The position numbers and the translations under genes were made by a program. The notes beneath the pieces were generated by a model. The model searched no databases. It was given only the letters and a program-made list of their open reading frames with translations, and was not told the origin of the DNA. Below are positions 11,363 to 19,336 of a DNA stretch of 22,222 nucleotides, piece after piece; positions within the stretch are counted from its first letter, which is position 1, and each line of letters starts with the position of its first letter. Source of the stretch: Thermoproteota archaeon (GTDB lineage Archaea > Thermoproteota > Thermoprotei > Gearchaeales > Gearchaeaceae). The DNA lies in assembly GCA_032249235.1 (NCBI GenBank), contig JAVVGF010000010.1, forward strand, positions 1-22,222, in the 5' to 3' direction.

Positions 11363-11939
11363 TAATCATTTCTTTACCAAGTTTATACTTTCTAATTAAT
11401 GCAAAAATACTCATGAGAATTGTGAAAATTGCCAGTGATACAACTGACTGAATTAACTCTATTTTCACAGTATAGTTCAATATGAAACCAATTAATGGAA
11501 CAATTGCAATGCTTAACCCTATGCTTAATGCGAATCTTTCTATGAGCGAAACTTCTCTTCTAGGAAATATTAGCTCCATAAGCACATATCCTGGGAAAAA
11601 TACTATGAATAATGAAGCAACTATTACTCGTACAATATATGTGATGAGCGTGGAAGGGATGATCAATGTAATTAAGACGGTTAAGAAAACGCCTATGAGA
11701 ACACCATAGAACCAAAAGGTATAATTAATATTCTTCAAATAATCAAAAAAGGTCATATTATTTGGTAAAGCTTCTATGATCTCAATTTTTTCATCCTCTT
11801 CCAGCTCGAGCAAGGCTTCAACGACCTCTTTCTCATTTACTTTGAGTTCATTTGCAATTTCTTTTGCTTTAATAATTCCTTTCTTATTTAATATTTCAAT
11901 GATTTTCTCTTTCAATTCTTCCTTATCCATGAACGACAT
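11319..11939 (-). CDS. Winged-HTH fused to a DUF1616-like membrane domain
   Basis: The N-terminus KIIEILNKKG...AKEIANELKV.EKEVVEALLELEEDEKIE is wHTH-like. The C-terminus has 4 TMs with FFPGYVLMELIFP...LIERFALSIGLSIAIVPLIGFILNY, typical of the DUF1616 N-terminal region. Confidence 0.8.
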   Translation of the reverse strand: MSFMDKEELKEKIIEILNKKGIIKAKEIANELKVNEKEVVEALLELEEDEKIEIIEALPNNMTFFDYLKNINYTFWFYGVLIGVFLTVLITLIIPSTLITYIVRVIVASLFIVFFPGYVLMELIFPRREVSLIERFALSIGLSIAIVPLIGFILNYTVKIELIQSVVSLAIFTILMSIFALIRKYKLGKEMINGVKYSSYSKEENN

Positions 11940-13033
11940 TATTTTAATACTTCTTCATATATTTCTATTGTCTTCTTCGCTATCTTATCCCAATCTAGGA
12001 ATTCTTCCGCAAATTTCCTAGCATTCCTAGCTAATTCATTTCTTAAATTTCCATCTTCGTATAATCTAAGCATTGCATTTGCAAGTTCATTTACATCTCC
12101 TGGTTTAATTAAAATGCCATTGTATCCATCTTTAATAACTTCTCTCATAACAGGAGTATCGCTAGCTATTATTGCTTTTCCTGAAGCAAGAGCTCTGTGT
12201 AGCGGGCCGCTAGGATGCATACCTCCAAGATAAGGCAAAACGAATATATCTGCAGAAGCAAGGCATGAAGGCAAAATTTCATAAGGGATATAGTCTGTGA
12301 ATATGATTTTCTCTTTATTCTCCGAGGCGATTTTCTTCAAATATTCTAGGTAATTAGTATCTTTTGCGCTTCCTGCAATTACTAGTTTTGCATCTGGCAT
12401 TTTATGAGAAATTTTGGAAAAAGCTTTTATTAGCACATCATGTCCTTTACCTTGACCTATAAAGCCAAAAATCATAATCACAAAATCATCCTCTAGATTG
12501 AATAAAGTTCTAAAAATTTTTGAATCGACATTTGGATTGAAACGAGTTATATCTGCACCGTGATGCATTACTCTGATTTTTTCAGGTTTTATTTTATAGT
12601 ATTTGATTAACAATTTGGCGATTTCTTTAGATAAAGTAATTATTATATCAGATTTAATGTAGACATTCAAAACGAAAGGTAAGTAATGGAATTGTCTTAA
12701 AGTCAATACCTCATGTATCGTGCTAACTAGTCTTTTATTGATGAATAAAGAAAAAAGATAAAAATTTCTAGGGAATGTGAAAGATGCCGTCTGAAAATGA
12801 ATTATATTGTACCCCTTTTCTCTACAAAGAAACTTTATGTATTTTTGAACATCATAAAAAATAAGCTTGTCATCATTCAATACTCTATAAATATTCTCTT
12901 CATCGTGTCCGTTTTTATAAGTTAAAACTCCTACCTCACAATATTTTTTCAAGTATTGTATCAACTCAAATGTATAATCTCCAACACCATCTTTTGCGGG
13001 TGGAAATTTTGTTATAAATAATGCTTTAATCAT
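11939..13033 (-). CDS. Glycosyltransferase family 4 (GT-B)
   Basis: Motifs FPPAKDGVGDYT, STIHE, HGAD, FGFIGQGKG and ADIFVLPY...SGPL..ALASGKAIIASD. The ATG at 13033 is preferred over the TTG at 13042. Confidence 0.93.
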   Translation of the reverse strand: MIKALFITKFPPAKDGVGDYTFELIQYLKKYCEVGVLTYKNGHDEENIYRVLNDDKLIFYDVQKYIKFLCREKGYNIIHFQTASFTFPRNFYLFSLFINKRLVSTIHEVLTLRQFHYLPFVLNVYIKSDIIITLSKEIAKLLIKYYKIKPEKIRVMHHGADITRFNPNVDSKIFRTLFNLEDDFVIMIFGFIGQGKGHDVLIKAFSKISHKMPDAKLVIAGSAKDTNYLEYLKKIASENKEKIIFTDYIPYEILPSCLASADIFVLPYLGGMHPSGPLHRALASGKAIIASDTPVMREVIKDGYNGILIKPGDVNELANAMLRLYEDGNLRNELARNARKFAEEFLDWDKIAKKTIEIYEEVLK

Positions 13034-14132
13034 TATCTGCAATCTCTCTATATAGTTTCAAGTGTTGTGCAATCATATTTTCTATTGAGAAGACTTTAGT
13101 TCTTTCTTTTATCTTTGTGATTAATTTCGAATATAGATTATCATCAGTAAGGATTCTGTATACTGACTCTGCCCATTTATCTGGATTGAATGGTTCCTTA
13201 ACAGTTAATTCGGGCTCATTAATAATTTCCTCCATTGCAGTATTAGCGCTTATAAGAACAGGTTTCCAATGCATTATTCCTTCTATCACAGGAAAACCAA
13301 CACCTTCATAAATTGAAGGATAAACTATTAACTTTGAGATTACATAGAGATATTTTAAATCTTCATGTTGAATCCAATTATATAGCCTTATATAATTATT
13401 TAAATTTAAAGAATCTACCAACTCTTTATAATAACTTGCTCTCGTTATAATTATTTTGATTCTTTTCATATTATATTTATCCAATAATATCTTAATTGAT
13501 TTGATGAAAGTAATAATATTCTTTCTTTCTTCTGCTCCATCTACACATGTTATAAGTATATCACTATCTCTTATTTCATATTTCTTCTGAACATATTTGA
13601 GTTTTTCTTCTGATATTTCTTCCTTAGGAAATCCATAATATATAGTAACTATTTTTTCTTGAGGTAATTTGTATAGCTTGCACATTTCTTCCTTGAGTCT
13701 AGCTGATACTGCAATTATCTTATCACTCATTCTTGCTGAGACTCTGTAGTTTATTTTCCAATATAGTTGTCTTTCTCTTTTCCTAAAGTATTCTGCATCG
13801 ATACCGTGAAAAGTGGTTATCACTTTCGGATTTTTGAATATTCTAGGCGCTACGTTATATGCTGGAAAGTGAATTAGATCTATTTGATCTTTTCTCATGA
13901 GGGAATAAATTAAAGGGGTTCTCCAAATTATTTTATTATTCGTCTCTCTAATCTCTACGTTATCGAAACCCTTAATTATCTTATCAAGAAGAGTATGGTT
14001 GGTATATGAATATAGTACATACCTATTTTCTCTATCGAACTTTATTAAATACTTAATTAAATTCGTAGCATAAATCTTAGTACCTCCTCCTTTTCCATCA
14101 ACTAATCGAGCATCAATTCCTATCCTCAACAT
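13026..14132 (-). CDS. Glycosyltransferase family 4 (mannosyltransferase-like)
   Basis: Motifs RIGIDAR...GG...Y, ITTFHG, IIAVS, RKN and VYPSIYEGVGFPVIEG (EX7E). Confidence 0.93.
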   Translation of the reverse strand: MLRIGIDARLVDGKGGGTKIYATNLIKYLIKFDRENRYVLYSYTNHTLLDKIIKGFDNVEIRETNNKIIWRTPLIYSLMRKDQIDLIHFPAYNVAPRIFKNPKVITTFHGIDAEYFRKRERQLYWKINYRVSARMSDKIIAVSARLKEEMCKLYKLPQEKIVTIYYGFPKEEISEEKLKYVQKKYEIRDSDILITCVDGAEERKNIITFIKSIKILLDKYNMKRIKIIITRASYYKELVDSLNLNNYIRLYNWIQHEDLKYLYVISKLIVYPSIYEGVGFPVIEGIMHWKPVLISANTAMEEIINEPELTVKEPFNPDKWAESVYRILTDDNLYSKLITKIKERTKVFSIENMIAQHLKLYREIADND

Positions 14133-14135
14133 CTA

Positions 14136-15143
14136 TTATGAATTATCAGGAGTATTTTGAACAAAGAACTTTGTTTGTTCTATTATTTTTAAATTTTCAA
14201 CAGCTCTTGTAATATTAGTCAGCGGTTCTTCTTCTTTTTTTATGCAATCTATGAAATGCATTAATTCTATTTCTAAAGGTTCTTTATCTTCAAGTTCGAT
14301 CTCTTGAGCAAGCTTATATCTCTCTTTTTCAATTCTTCGAAATTCTTCAATGCTTCCATATCTTATTTCTTCAATTACTCTAGGCGGAAGGATTCTTACA
14401 TACCTGCTTTCATCTAAAAAATTGACCTGAGCTATAGCTTTTTCTCCGAGAACTGTGGCCAATCTTATTTTTTCTTCAGTCAACCATGAAGATATTGCTA
14501 TAAATCTGACTTTTTTTTCAGAGAGGCTATCGATAGCTATGAAATCTATTTGTTTTTCTCTGAACAAAGATGCTTTAATCAAATTCTTTATTTCGAATTT
14601 TTGCCAATTTAGTAAATAACGTGCAAAACTTAAATCATGTGTAAGCAAATCTTCATTCACCCCTACATGCGTAAATCTGAAAGGATATTTCCCAGACCTT
14701 ATTGCAAATATTGTCTTAATTTCGCCAAGTATATCTAGATTCTTTTTTAAAGCTCTTGTTGCAGGATCGTAACATGTTATTTCTCCAACCATTACGATGA
14801 CTTTGTTTTTAGTAGTCTCTTCCAACAATTGCTCAGCTTCTTTAATGTTATCTAGAGTAGTTAGTGGTTTTTCAACGAAGAAATATTTAATGCCCTTTTT
14901 CATTGCCTTTCTTATCAAGAGAATATTATTTTGAGGCGGTGTAGCTATTATCAATGCATCTGGTTTTTCTTTATCTAACATTTCTTCAAAATCTTTATAA
15001 AAATTGCAATACTTTTCTATCTCTATCCTATTCCTTTCGTCGATATCACAAACAGCTGTCAATTCGCAATGATCTTTAAGCTTCATCAGTACTCTGAAAT
15101 GGTTTCTTCCCATAACTCCGAAGCCAACTAGATTAATTTTCAT
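14136..15143 (-). CDS. Gfo/Idh/MocA family oxidoreductase (possible nucleotide-sugar 3-dehydrogenase, WbpB/WlbA-like)
   Basis: Motifs LVGFGVMGRNH, IATPP, FVEKPL, DLLTHD, SWL..EKIR and EPL..EL.HFI.CI. The substrate is inferred from context only. Confidence 0.9.
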   Translation of the reverse strand: MKINLVGFGVMGRNHFRVLMKLKDHCELTAVCDIDERNRIEIEKYCNFYKDFEEMLDKEKPDALIIATPPQNNILLIRKAMKKGIKYFFVEKPLTTLDNIKEAEQLLEETTKNKVIVMVGEITCYDPATRALKKNLDILGEIKTIFAIRSGKYPFRFTHVGVNEDLLTHDLSFARYLLNWQKFEIKNLIKASLFREKQIDFIAIDSLSEKKVRFIAISSWLTEEKIRLATVLGEKAIAQVNFLDESRYVRILPPRVIEEIRYGSIEEFRRIEKERYKLAQEIELEDKEPLEIELMHFIDCIKKEEEPLTNITRAVENLKIIEQTKFFVQNTPDNS

Positions 15144-15153
15144 AATCTAGATT

Positions 15154-16716
15154 TCAAAGCCTTTTATATATCCCTAAAACAAAAGAAATTAAGTTTCCGG
15201 CATAAGGTATCTCTTTCAAAGAATTCTCGAGGAAGCTTATTTCTGAATCTTTTAAAATCTTTAATCTTTTTGACAATAATATGTATATCGCAAATGATAT
15301 TAAAATGCAACTAAATAACAAAATATAGAATTGTGCAATTGTAATTATAATTTTGCTTAGTGTCATCCATATAATATATGAAGGTATTATTGATATTAAT
15401 GCAATTATAAGTATTTTTATTACTTCATTAAATTTTATATCTATATTCAATTGCTTTCTTACGAATCTTAAATAAGGTATATATGAAGGCCATCCTGCTA
15501 TTAATGCAGAGATCAGTGCTCCGTATATAGAAAACAAGGGTATTAATATAGCATTTGACATGGTCGCGCTTATTGCATAAATTACGGAATATTTGAAAGT
15601 CTTTTTAGTATATCCTTGAGACATGACTAAATTTGCTATCGGTATTCCTCCTGCACAATATAGTAGCCAGTAAGCTCCGATCAAGCTCAAATAAAGCCAA
15701 CCATTGCTATAATAAGGACCGAAGAAAGCTACTATTAGTTCCTTTGAGAAGAAGATCGTAAAAAAAGAAATAGGTGCTACGAAGAAGCTAATTATCCTGA
15801 TTGTGAAGTTTAAAGCTATGTTTAAATCTTCAGTCTTGTTTAATTTTGAATAATTAATGAACATTAAGCTACCTATTGGATATAAGAAAACATCTATGAT
15901 TGGATTGAATCTTTGTGCGACTGAGTAGTTTCCTAACTCTGCTGAGCTAGCATATCTCGAAATGAGTATTTCATAAATTCTTGCTGAAGGAATTGTAAGG
16001 TAAGCTGAAGCAGCAATAGGAAAGCCAAATCTCAGCATTTCCTTAACTTTATTTAAATCTATTCTAGAAGGTTTGAGGTATTTGAATAATATAACGAATC
16101 CAGGTATTGAAGGGATGAGAGGCATTAGTATGAAATAAACAAAAACGAGTCCAAGGAATTGAAAACCAAAATATAATGCTAATGGAGCTACTATAGCTTG
16201 AACCAGAGCATATAATATTGTCATAAGACTAAAGACCCAAGTCTTATCAAGTATTATAGTTATACTCTGTAAACTACTGAAAAAGAAATTAAGAATCATA
16301 TAAATTGCTAAGAAATGAATGTAAGGAATAACCTCTGGTTTAGAATATAGATATACAACTAGAAATTGTCCTAAGAAATAAGTGAATGCTGAATATACTA
16401 TCCATAGCATTAAGTTGAAGTCGATGTATGACCAAACATAGCTCGAGATTTCTTGGAAATTTCTTTCTTTGAATAATTTTGCGCACTTGTTACTAAGACC
16501 GTATCCCATTCCCAAGTCTCCTAGAAGCACAGTAAATTGTGGAATAAGCAATAAAACGAAAAGCCATCCTAAAGGTTCAGAGCTTCCATAAATCCTTGCC
16601 AATATTCTTGCGATAATAATTGAACCAATGACATTTAGTAATAGAGAAATTACTCTTCCTGCGAAGACATACGTTACACCTTTTGCATATGATTTGCCTG
16701 TCTCTAAAACTTCCAT
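15154..16716 (-). CDS. Oligosaccharide flippase (Wzx/MOP superfamily)
   Basis: About 14 TMs, with IIIARIL, DLGMG, KEMLRFGFP, LGNYSVAQR, SKELIVAFFG..Y and LIPLFSIYGA. Confidence 0.92.
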   Translation of the reverse strand: MEVLETGKSYAKGVTYVFAGRVISLLLNVIGSIIIARILARIYGSSEPLGWLFVLLLIPQFTVLLGDLGMGYGLSNKCAKLFKERNFQEISSYVWSYIDFNLMLWIVYSAFTYFLGQFLVVYLYSKPEVIPYIHFLAIYMILNFFFSSLQSITIILDKTWVFSLMTILYALVQAIVAPLALYFGFQFLGLVFVYFILMPLIPSIPGFVILFKYLKPSRIDLNKVKEMLRFGFPIAASAYLTIPSARIYEILISRYASSAELGNYSVAQRFNPIIDVFLYPIGSLMFINYSKLNKTEDLNIALNFTIRIISFFVAPISFFTIFFSKELIVAFFGPYYSNGWLYLSLIGAYWLLYCAGGIPIANLVMSQGYTKKTFKYSVIYAISATMSNAILIPLFSIYGALISALIAGWPSYIPYLRFVRKQLNIDIKFNEVIKILIIALISIIPSYIIWMTLSKIIITIAQFYILLFSCILISFAIYILLSKRLKILKDSEISFLENSLKEIPYAGNLISFVLGIYKRL

Positions 16717-16742
16717 TTCCTCATAGTAGATGAATTAGTACT

Positions 16743-16750
16743 ATTTAAGT
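16743..16750 (-). promoter_or_regulatory. Candidate TATA box at the head of the glycosylation cluster
   Basis: The minus strand reads (A)CTTAAATA about 27-34 nt upstream of the flippase ATG, in a 97-nt gap. Confidence 0.4.
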
Positions 16751-16813
16751 TGATCAATCCTAAAAGTATGATTATTCTGTTAAGAAATCCTTCATATACT
16801 TCTTAGCTTTATA

Positions 16814-17932
16814 TCATTCTTTTTTGAATTCTAGTTTTCTTTTAGTATGTTTGTGTAGCTTATCTTCTATCACTTCGACACCTATTCCTGACTTTTCAGG
16901 TGCTTTTATGGTACCATTCTTTCTTAAGATCCACGGTGGCTCAACTATATCCTCTTCCCAATATCTATCGCTTCCGCTTATATCGTTCGGGTATTTAACA
17001 TTTGGTAACGTTGCCATCGCTACTAAATGTCCTCTACCTATACCTGTCTCGAGCATACCTCCAATCCATATAGGTATGTTATTACTCATGCTGTAATCAT
17101 GAATTAGCTTTGATTCGTAAAGGCCTCCAACACGGGCAGGCTTTAAATTAATTACTTTGCAACTTCCTAGCTTTATAGTCGTTTTAACATCGTGTAAGTT
17201 CTTAATGCTTTCGTCTAAGCATATAGATGTTTTAATTTGTGATTGTAGCTCAGCATGATCGTATAGATCCTCATAGCTTAAAGGCTGCTCAATCATTAAA
17301 AGCTCGTAATTATCTAATTCTTTGAATATGCGCATATGACTTAATGTGTATGCTGCATTAGCATCTACTTGTAAAGGTATATTACCAAACTCCTTTCTAA
17401 TCAACTTAACTGGATGTAGATCCCAATTAGGCTTTATCTTTATCTTAATTCTTTTATAACCTTGATCCAAGAATTTATTGATCGATTTTAATAAGTTGTT
17501 TTCATCGCCAATAATACCTATGCTAACACCGCTTTCAATATAATCTCTCACACCACCTAGTATCTTGTAAAGCGGTTTATCTTCAAGTTTAGCTTTTAGA
17601 TCCCAAAGAGCTGTTTCAATACCTGCTTTAGCCATCCTATAGCCACGAATCCCTTCAACAGCTTCAATAAAGTCTTTTGGATGTTCTAAGCTTTTTAATT
17701 TTAATAGCTTAGGTATTAAGTATTCTTTATATACATACATTGTACTCTCTACAGTCTCATAACTATACCAAGGTCCTTCTTCAACTGGAGCTTCTCCCCA
17801 ACCAAAGTATCCAGAAGCATCTTCAACTTTAACTATTACTCCATGCCTATCAACAGTCTTACCAAAGCTAGTTTCAAAAGGTGTTTTCAATCTCATAACT
17901 ATATGGTAAATCTCTACTTTGTTTATCTCCAA
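16814..17932 (-). CDS. menC: o-succinylbenzoate synthase / N-acyl(succinyl)amino acid racemase (enolase superfamily, NSAR/OSBS subfamily)
   Basis: Motifs PFETSFG, GWGE, P.YSYET, GVSIGI, RIKIKIKP (KxK), VDANAAY, MIEQPL, CLDESI, NLKPARVGG, WIGGMLETGIGR and DISGSDRYW..DI. TTG start with GGTGA upstream. Other men genes are absent and a GNAT is adjacent, so racemase function is more likely. Confidence 0.92.
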   Translation of the reverse strand: MEINKVEIYHIVMRLKTPFETSFGKTVDRHGVIVKVEDASGYFGWGEAPVEEGPWYSYETVESTMYVYKEYLIPKLLKLKSLEHPKDFIEAVEGIRGYRMAKAGIETALWDLKAKLEDKPLYKILGGVRDYIESGVSIGIIGDENNLLKSINKFLDQGYKRIKIKIKPNWDLHPVKLIRKEFGNIPLQVDANAAYTLSHMRIFKELDNYELLMIEQPLSYEDLYDHAELQSQIKTSICLDESIKNLHDVKTTIKLGSCKVINLKPARVGGLYESKLIHDYSMSNNIPIWIGGMLETGIGRGHLVAMATLPNVKYPNDISGSDRYWEEDIVEPPWILRKNGTIKAPEKSGIGVEVIEDKLHKHTKRKLEFKKE

Positions 17933-18828
17933 GGTAATTCACCGCTTAATATATGTTCTATATCTTCTTTTAATAATACGTAATAGTTTCTTCTAAAGCC
18001 TAGTGTATGCTCACTTATGAACTCAACAACTACGTAGTTCAGCTCGTTTATATAACGATTAAATAATTCTCTAAGATCTAATCTCCATTTCATCAGCAAT
18101 TCATTGTTAGCTCTCAACATGCTTAAGTCTTCAGGTATTTCGATAATCACCAACTTGGAATTACTATTCAAGCTATAACTATTTAATACAGGCAAGCTAT
18201 TGACAAACCCAACTCTTGTTACAATATCAGCACCTAGTTTAATTAGATTATTTAATGTAGGGGTTTTTAATAAACCCTTCAACTTGCTATTGACTAATTC
18301 GCTATTAATCCACCATTCAGCTTCAAATCTATCAGTCGGCATTCCAAAGTTTATGGAATCTCTTAATTCCCCATAGTAATTTATGTAGAACTTCCTAACA
18401 ATAACACCTAACTTACTAACATTAAACTTAGCATTAGGTGATTGTAAGGGATCATAAGTCCATGCAATTAAATCTATTCCTTTATTAAGCACATATTCTC
18501 TCTGCATTAACTTGAGCATATATCCTAAGCCCTTATATCTATACTCAGGAATTACACCGGTCATATGACTATAATGATATAACCTACCTTCATGCGATAT
18601 AGCTGGAAAACCAAACATGAAACCAACCATTCTGCCAGAATCTTTTTCAAAAGCTCCTAAGACTAAACCGCCTCTTCTATCAATAGCTATCAATACGTGA
18701 TGTGCTACAACACTACTATAATCTAGCATACCCCAAACTTTTATCTCAGTATTGCTGACCATGCGATATTCTTCCGGATCTTTAAGTCTCCTAATTTCGA
18801 TAACCTTACCATCAATGATGAATTCCAA
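17923..18828 (-). CDS. GNAT acyltransferase, probable amino-acid N-succinyl/acetyltransferase
   Basis: Motifs VWG, GGLVLGAF, VGFMFGF, HYSHMTGV.PEYR.KGLG..LK..QR, WTYDPLQ.PNA.FN..KLG, N.YG, PTDRF.AEW and WR...R..F. This family is usually paired with NSAR. TTG start. Confidence 0.88.
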   Translation of the reverse strand: MEFIIDGKVIEIRRLKDPEEYRMVSNTEIKVWGMLDYSSVVAHHVLIAIDRRGGLVLGAFEKDSGRMVGFMFGFPAISHEGRLYHYSHMTGVIPEYRYKGLGYMLKLMQREYVLNKGIDLIAWTYDPLQSPNAKFNVSKLGVIVRKFYINYYGELRDSINFGMPTDRFEAEWWINSELVNSKLKGLLKTPTLNNLIKLGADIVTRVGFVNSLPVLNSYSLNSNSKLVIIEIPEDLSMLRANNELLMKWRLDLRELFNRYINELNYVVVEFISEHTLGFRRNYYVLLKEDIEHILSGELPWR

Positions 18829-18919
18829 GCCTCATCACTAAAATTAAAACTTAGCTCGATTTAATAAAATCCAATTTTAAAGTAGCGATATATTACCAGT
18901 TATAGACGAGAGTTTTATT

Positions 18920-19290
18920 CATTATTTATCACTTTCTGCACTTATGATATTATTCTCTTTATGTATGGCAATTTATTTTTACTACTTCAAATCAAATTTT
19001 GCTTCATAAAACTCATACTTAAAGTCCATGCCTATCATTGCATTACTCTACGTCTTTAGTTAATAGCTTAAAGGCTCTTTCAAGTTCCTGCAAACTTCAT
19101 CTATCTTTTCTCTCAATACTTTCAAGAATTTCAGTTAACTAATGTATGCCATAAGCGTATTGACAATTTCTTCAACATCTGAAGTTTTATTAACTTTGAT
19201 AGACTCAATTAACTATATTTTTATCCACACCTAAGATGGAAAGGTATATTATTCCATCTATACATTAGCTTCTTCAACTAAATTCTATTT
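18920..19290 (-). pseudogene. Probable degraded gene remnant
   Basis: The minus strand gives protein-like fragments broken by stops and frame changes: IDGIIYLSILGVDKNIVN*, IESIKVNKTSDVEEIVNTLMAYIS*LKFLKVLREKIDEVCRNLKEPLSY* and AMIGMDFKYEFYEAKFDLK*. The family was not recognised. Confidence 0.35.
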
Positions 19291-19336
19291 TATGATTATT
19301 GTTGAACAAATTTGTTTGGAAGCCTTGATTATTCTA

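Noticed and set aside
16704-16724. Upstream out-of-frame ATG giving minigene MRKWKF overlapping the flippase start
   Set aside because: Such short overlaps are expected by chance in AT-rich DNA, and there is no independent support for a regulatory role.
6616-17096. Plus-strand ORFs at 6616, 7302, 8836, 11482, 11776, 13117 and 16824
   Set aside because: They are antisense shadows of well-supported minus-strand genes, with Ser/Ile/Phe-rich composition and no motifs.
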